From Macrostomum lignano (lineage: Eukaryota): a DNA stretch of 64,000 nt. The DNA lies in assembly GCA_002269645.1 (NCBI GenBank), contig NIVC01000481.1:414575-478574 (forward strand), given 5' to 3'. A program made the position numbers and the translations under genes. The notes under the pieces were generated by a model, which worked only from the letters and a program-made list of their open reading frames with translations, searched no databases and had not been told where the DNA came from. This document shows positions 62,680-64,000 of the stretch, piece after piece (the first letter of the stretch is position 1; each line of letters begins with the position of its first letter).

Positions 62680-63280
62680 TCAGATCCTTAGTTGCTAGGT
62701 TGCCTCACCTTCCTAGATGCTTAGTTGCTAAGCCACCTTCAGATCCTCAGTTGCTAAGCCATCTTAGTTGCTAGGCTGTCTACAACTCTAGATCCTGGGT
62801 TGCTAGGCCATCCCACTTTCCTAGATCCTAAATTGCTAGGCTAGGCCTCCCTACTTTCCTAGATCCTGAGTTGCTAGGCCATCCTAACCCACCTTCCTAG
62901 ATCCTGAGTTGCTAGGCCACCCTAACTGCATCTTCCTAGATCCTAAATTGCTAGGCCCCCCATCCTACTAGATCCTTGGTTGCTAGGCCACCCTCAGGAG
63001 GCACCCTCCCAGATCCTTAGTTGCTGGGCCACCCTCCCAGACCCAGATCCTCAGTTGCTAGGCCATCCTCCCATATTCCTCAGTTGCTAAGCCAGCCTCC
63101 TAGATCCTCAGTTGTTGGGCCAGCCTCCTAGATCTTCAGTTGCTAGGCTACCCTCCTAGATCCTTAATGCTGGCCAGTCTCCCAGATCCTCAGTTGCTAG
63201 CCAGCCTCTTAGATCCTCAGTTGCTGGCTACGCCCTAGATCCTCAGTTGCTAGCCACTCTTAGATCATTAGTTGCTAGGC
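62680..63280. repeat. Degenerate array of the 28-bp AGATCCTCAGTTGCT minisatellite family
   Basis: Same core as 13744-14095, more diverged. Confidence 0.85.
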
Positions 63281-63611
63281 CATAGAGGTTTAAGTGGGTT
63301 CATAAAAATTCCTTAAAAAATCATAAAAATTCTTATAGCAAACACTTAAACAGAAGTTACAATATATGTACCTGCGGCCATTTTATAAAGTGATGGCTTC
63401 CTCAGTGTCATGTAGGATTCTTCTATTCTAACTTAGTTGTCTACAAATCATTTGAATATAGACTACTAATATCAGTAGTAGATAAAGCGTCATTCCACTC
63501 TACTCTTAATTCGATTCATGAGTGTGTCTTTCTGTCTTAGTGTTTGTCTTTCCGTCTGTCTGTCTGCTGACTACTGTACAATAAAATCAAAAAAACTTTC
63601 CAGCGCACCAT

Positions 63612-63979
63612 ATGGCAGCCGCCAAGCCAAAAGTCTCCAACCCGCTGAGCCTGAGCCTGCCAGACCGGGCACTCAGCGGCATCCTGCGCTGCCTGGACCT
63701 GCGCAGCCTGGCCGCGCTGTCGTCTCGTCTGCCGCGCCTGGCTGTCTCGCATCGACGCTTTTTGCAGCGGCGGCGCCTGCGTTGGTGGTGGCTTGTTGAC
63801 CGCTGTCGCGCCGTCCGTCAGCTGTGCGGCGGCGGCAGCAGTGCAAAATCGCCGACCGCCTGGCAGGCGCTGCAGCTGTCTAGACGGTGCAGCTTGGTGT
63901 GCTCCACGCGAAAGAGACGGACGTGCAGTGCGAGGAGGAGCTGCTGCCGAGCCTGCCGGACCTGCAGCTGCTGCCCATG
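63612..63979 (+). CDS. First coding exon of a probable F-box-like protein (gene continues beyond the window)
   Basis: ATG 8 nt after a TTTCCAG acceptor. LSLPDRALSGILRCLDLRSLAALS resembles the F-box consensus. Strong GTGAGT donor at 63980. A frameshift is possible near 63880. Confidence 0.5.
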
Positions 63980-64000
63980 GTGAGTGCTCGGCGCTCGCTC

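Overview
Eukaryotic (metazoan) genomic DNA, not prokaryotic. GC-rich exons are separated by introns and spacers that are mostly filled with micro- and minisatellites (about 34 arrays, roughly 23 kb or 35% of the window by manual sum). The style suggests a free-living flatworm such as Macrostomum, but that is inference only. I assembled spliced gene models by hand with consistent GT-AG phases: a melatonin-receptor-like class A GPCR (+), an 11-exon HPS5-like gene with a C-terminal RING-H2 (-), UBA3 (-), two tandem zinc-dependent MDR dehydrogenases (+; the second is frameshifted by a 7-bp slippage), an intronless ESF1 with an in-frame TGA at codon 32 (-), a 7-exon STK32/YANK kinase (-), the start of an F-box-like gene (+), and an orphan 231-aa ORF with possible Rdx/SelW-like similarity (-). 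Mobile DNA includes three hAT-type non-autonomous elements, a foldback-like element, three tRNA-derived SINEs (two from one family, both with TSDs), a decayed LINE and a mariner fossil. The most interesting signals are: (1) UBA3 has no start codon but begins at an in-frame 3' splice acceptor, compatible with a trans-spliced leader supplying the AUG; (2) a run of four same-strand genes, each preceded by an acceptor, that could be an operon-like unit; (3) the ESF1 internal stop; and (4) nearly every long intron carries its own private tandem repeat. Most long ORFs in the supplied track are artefacts of tandem repeats.
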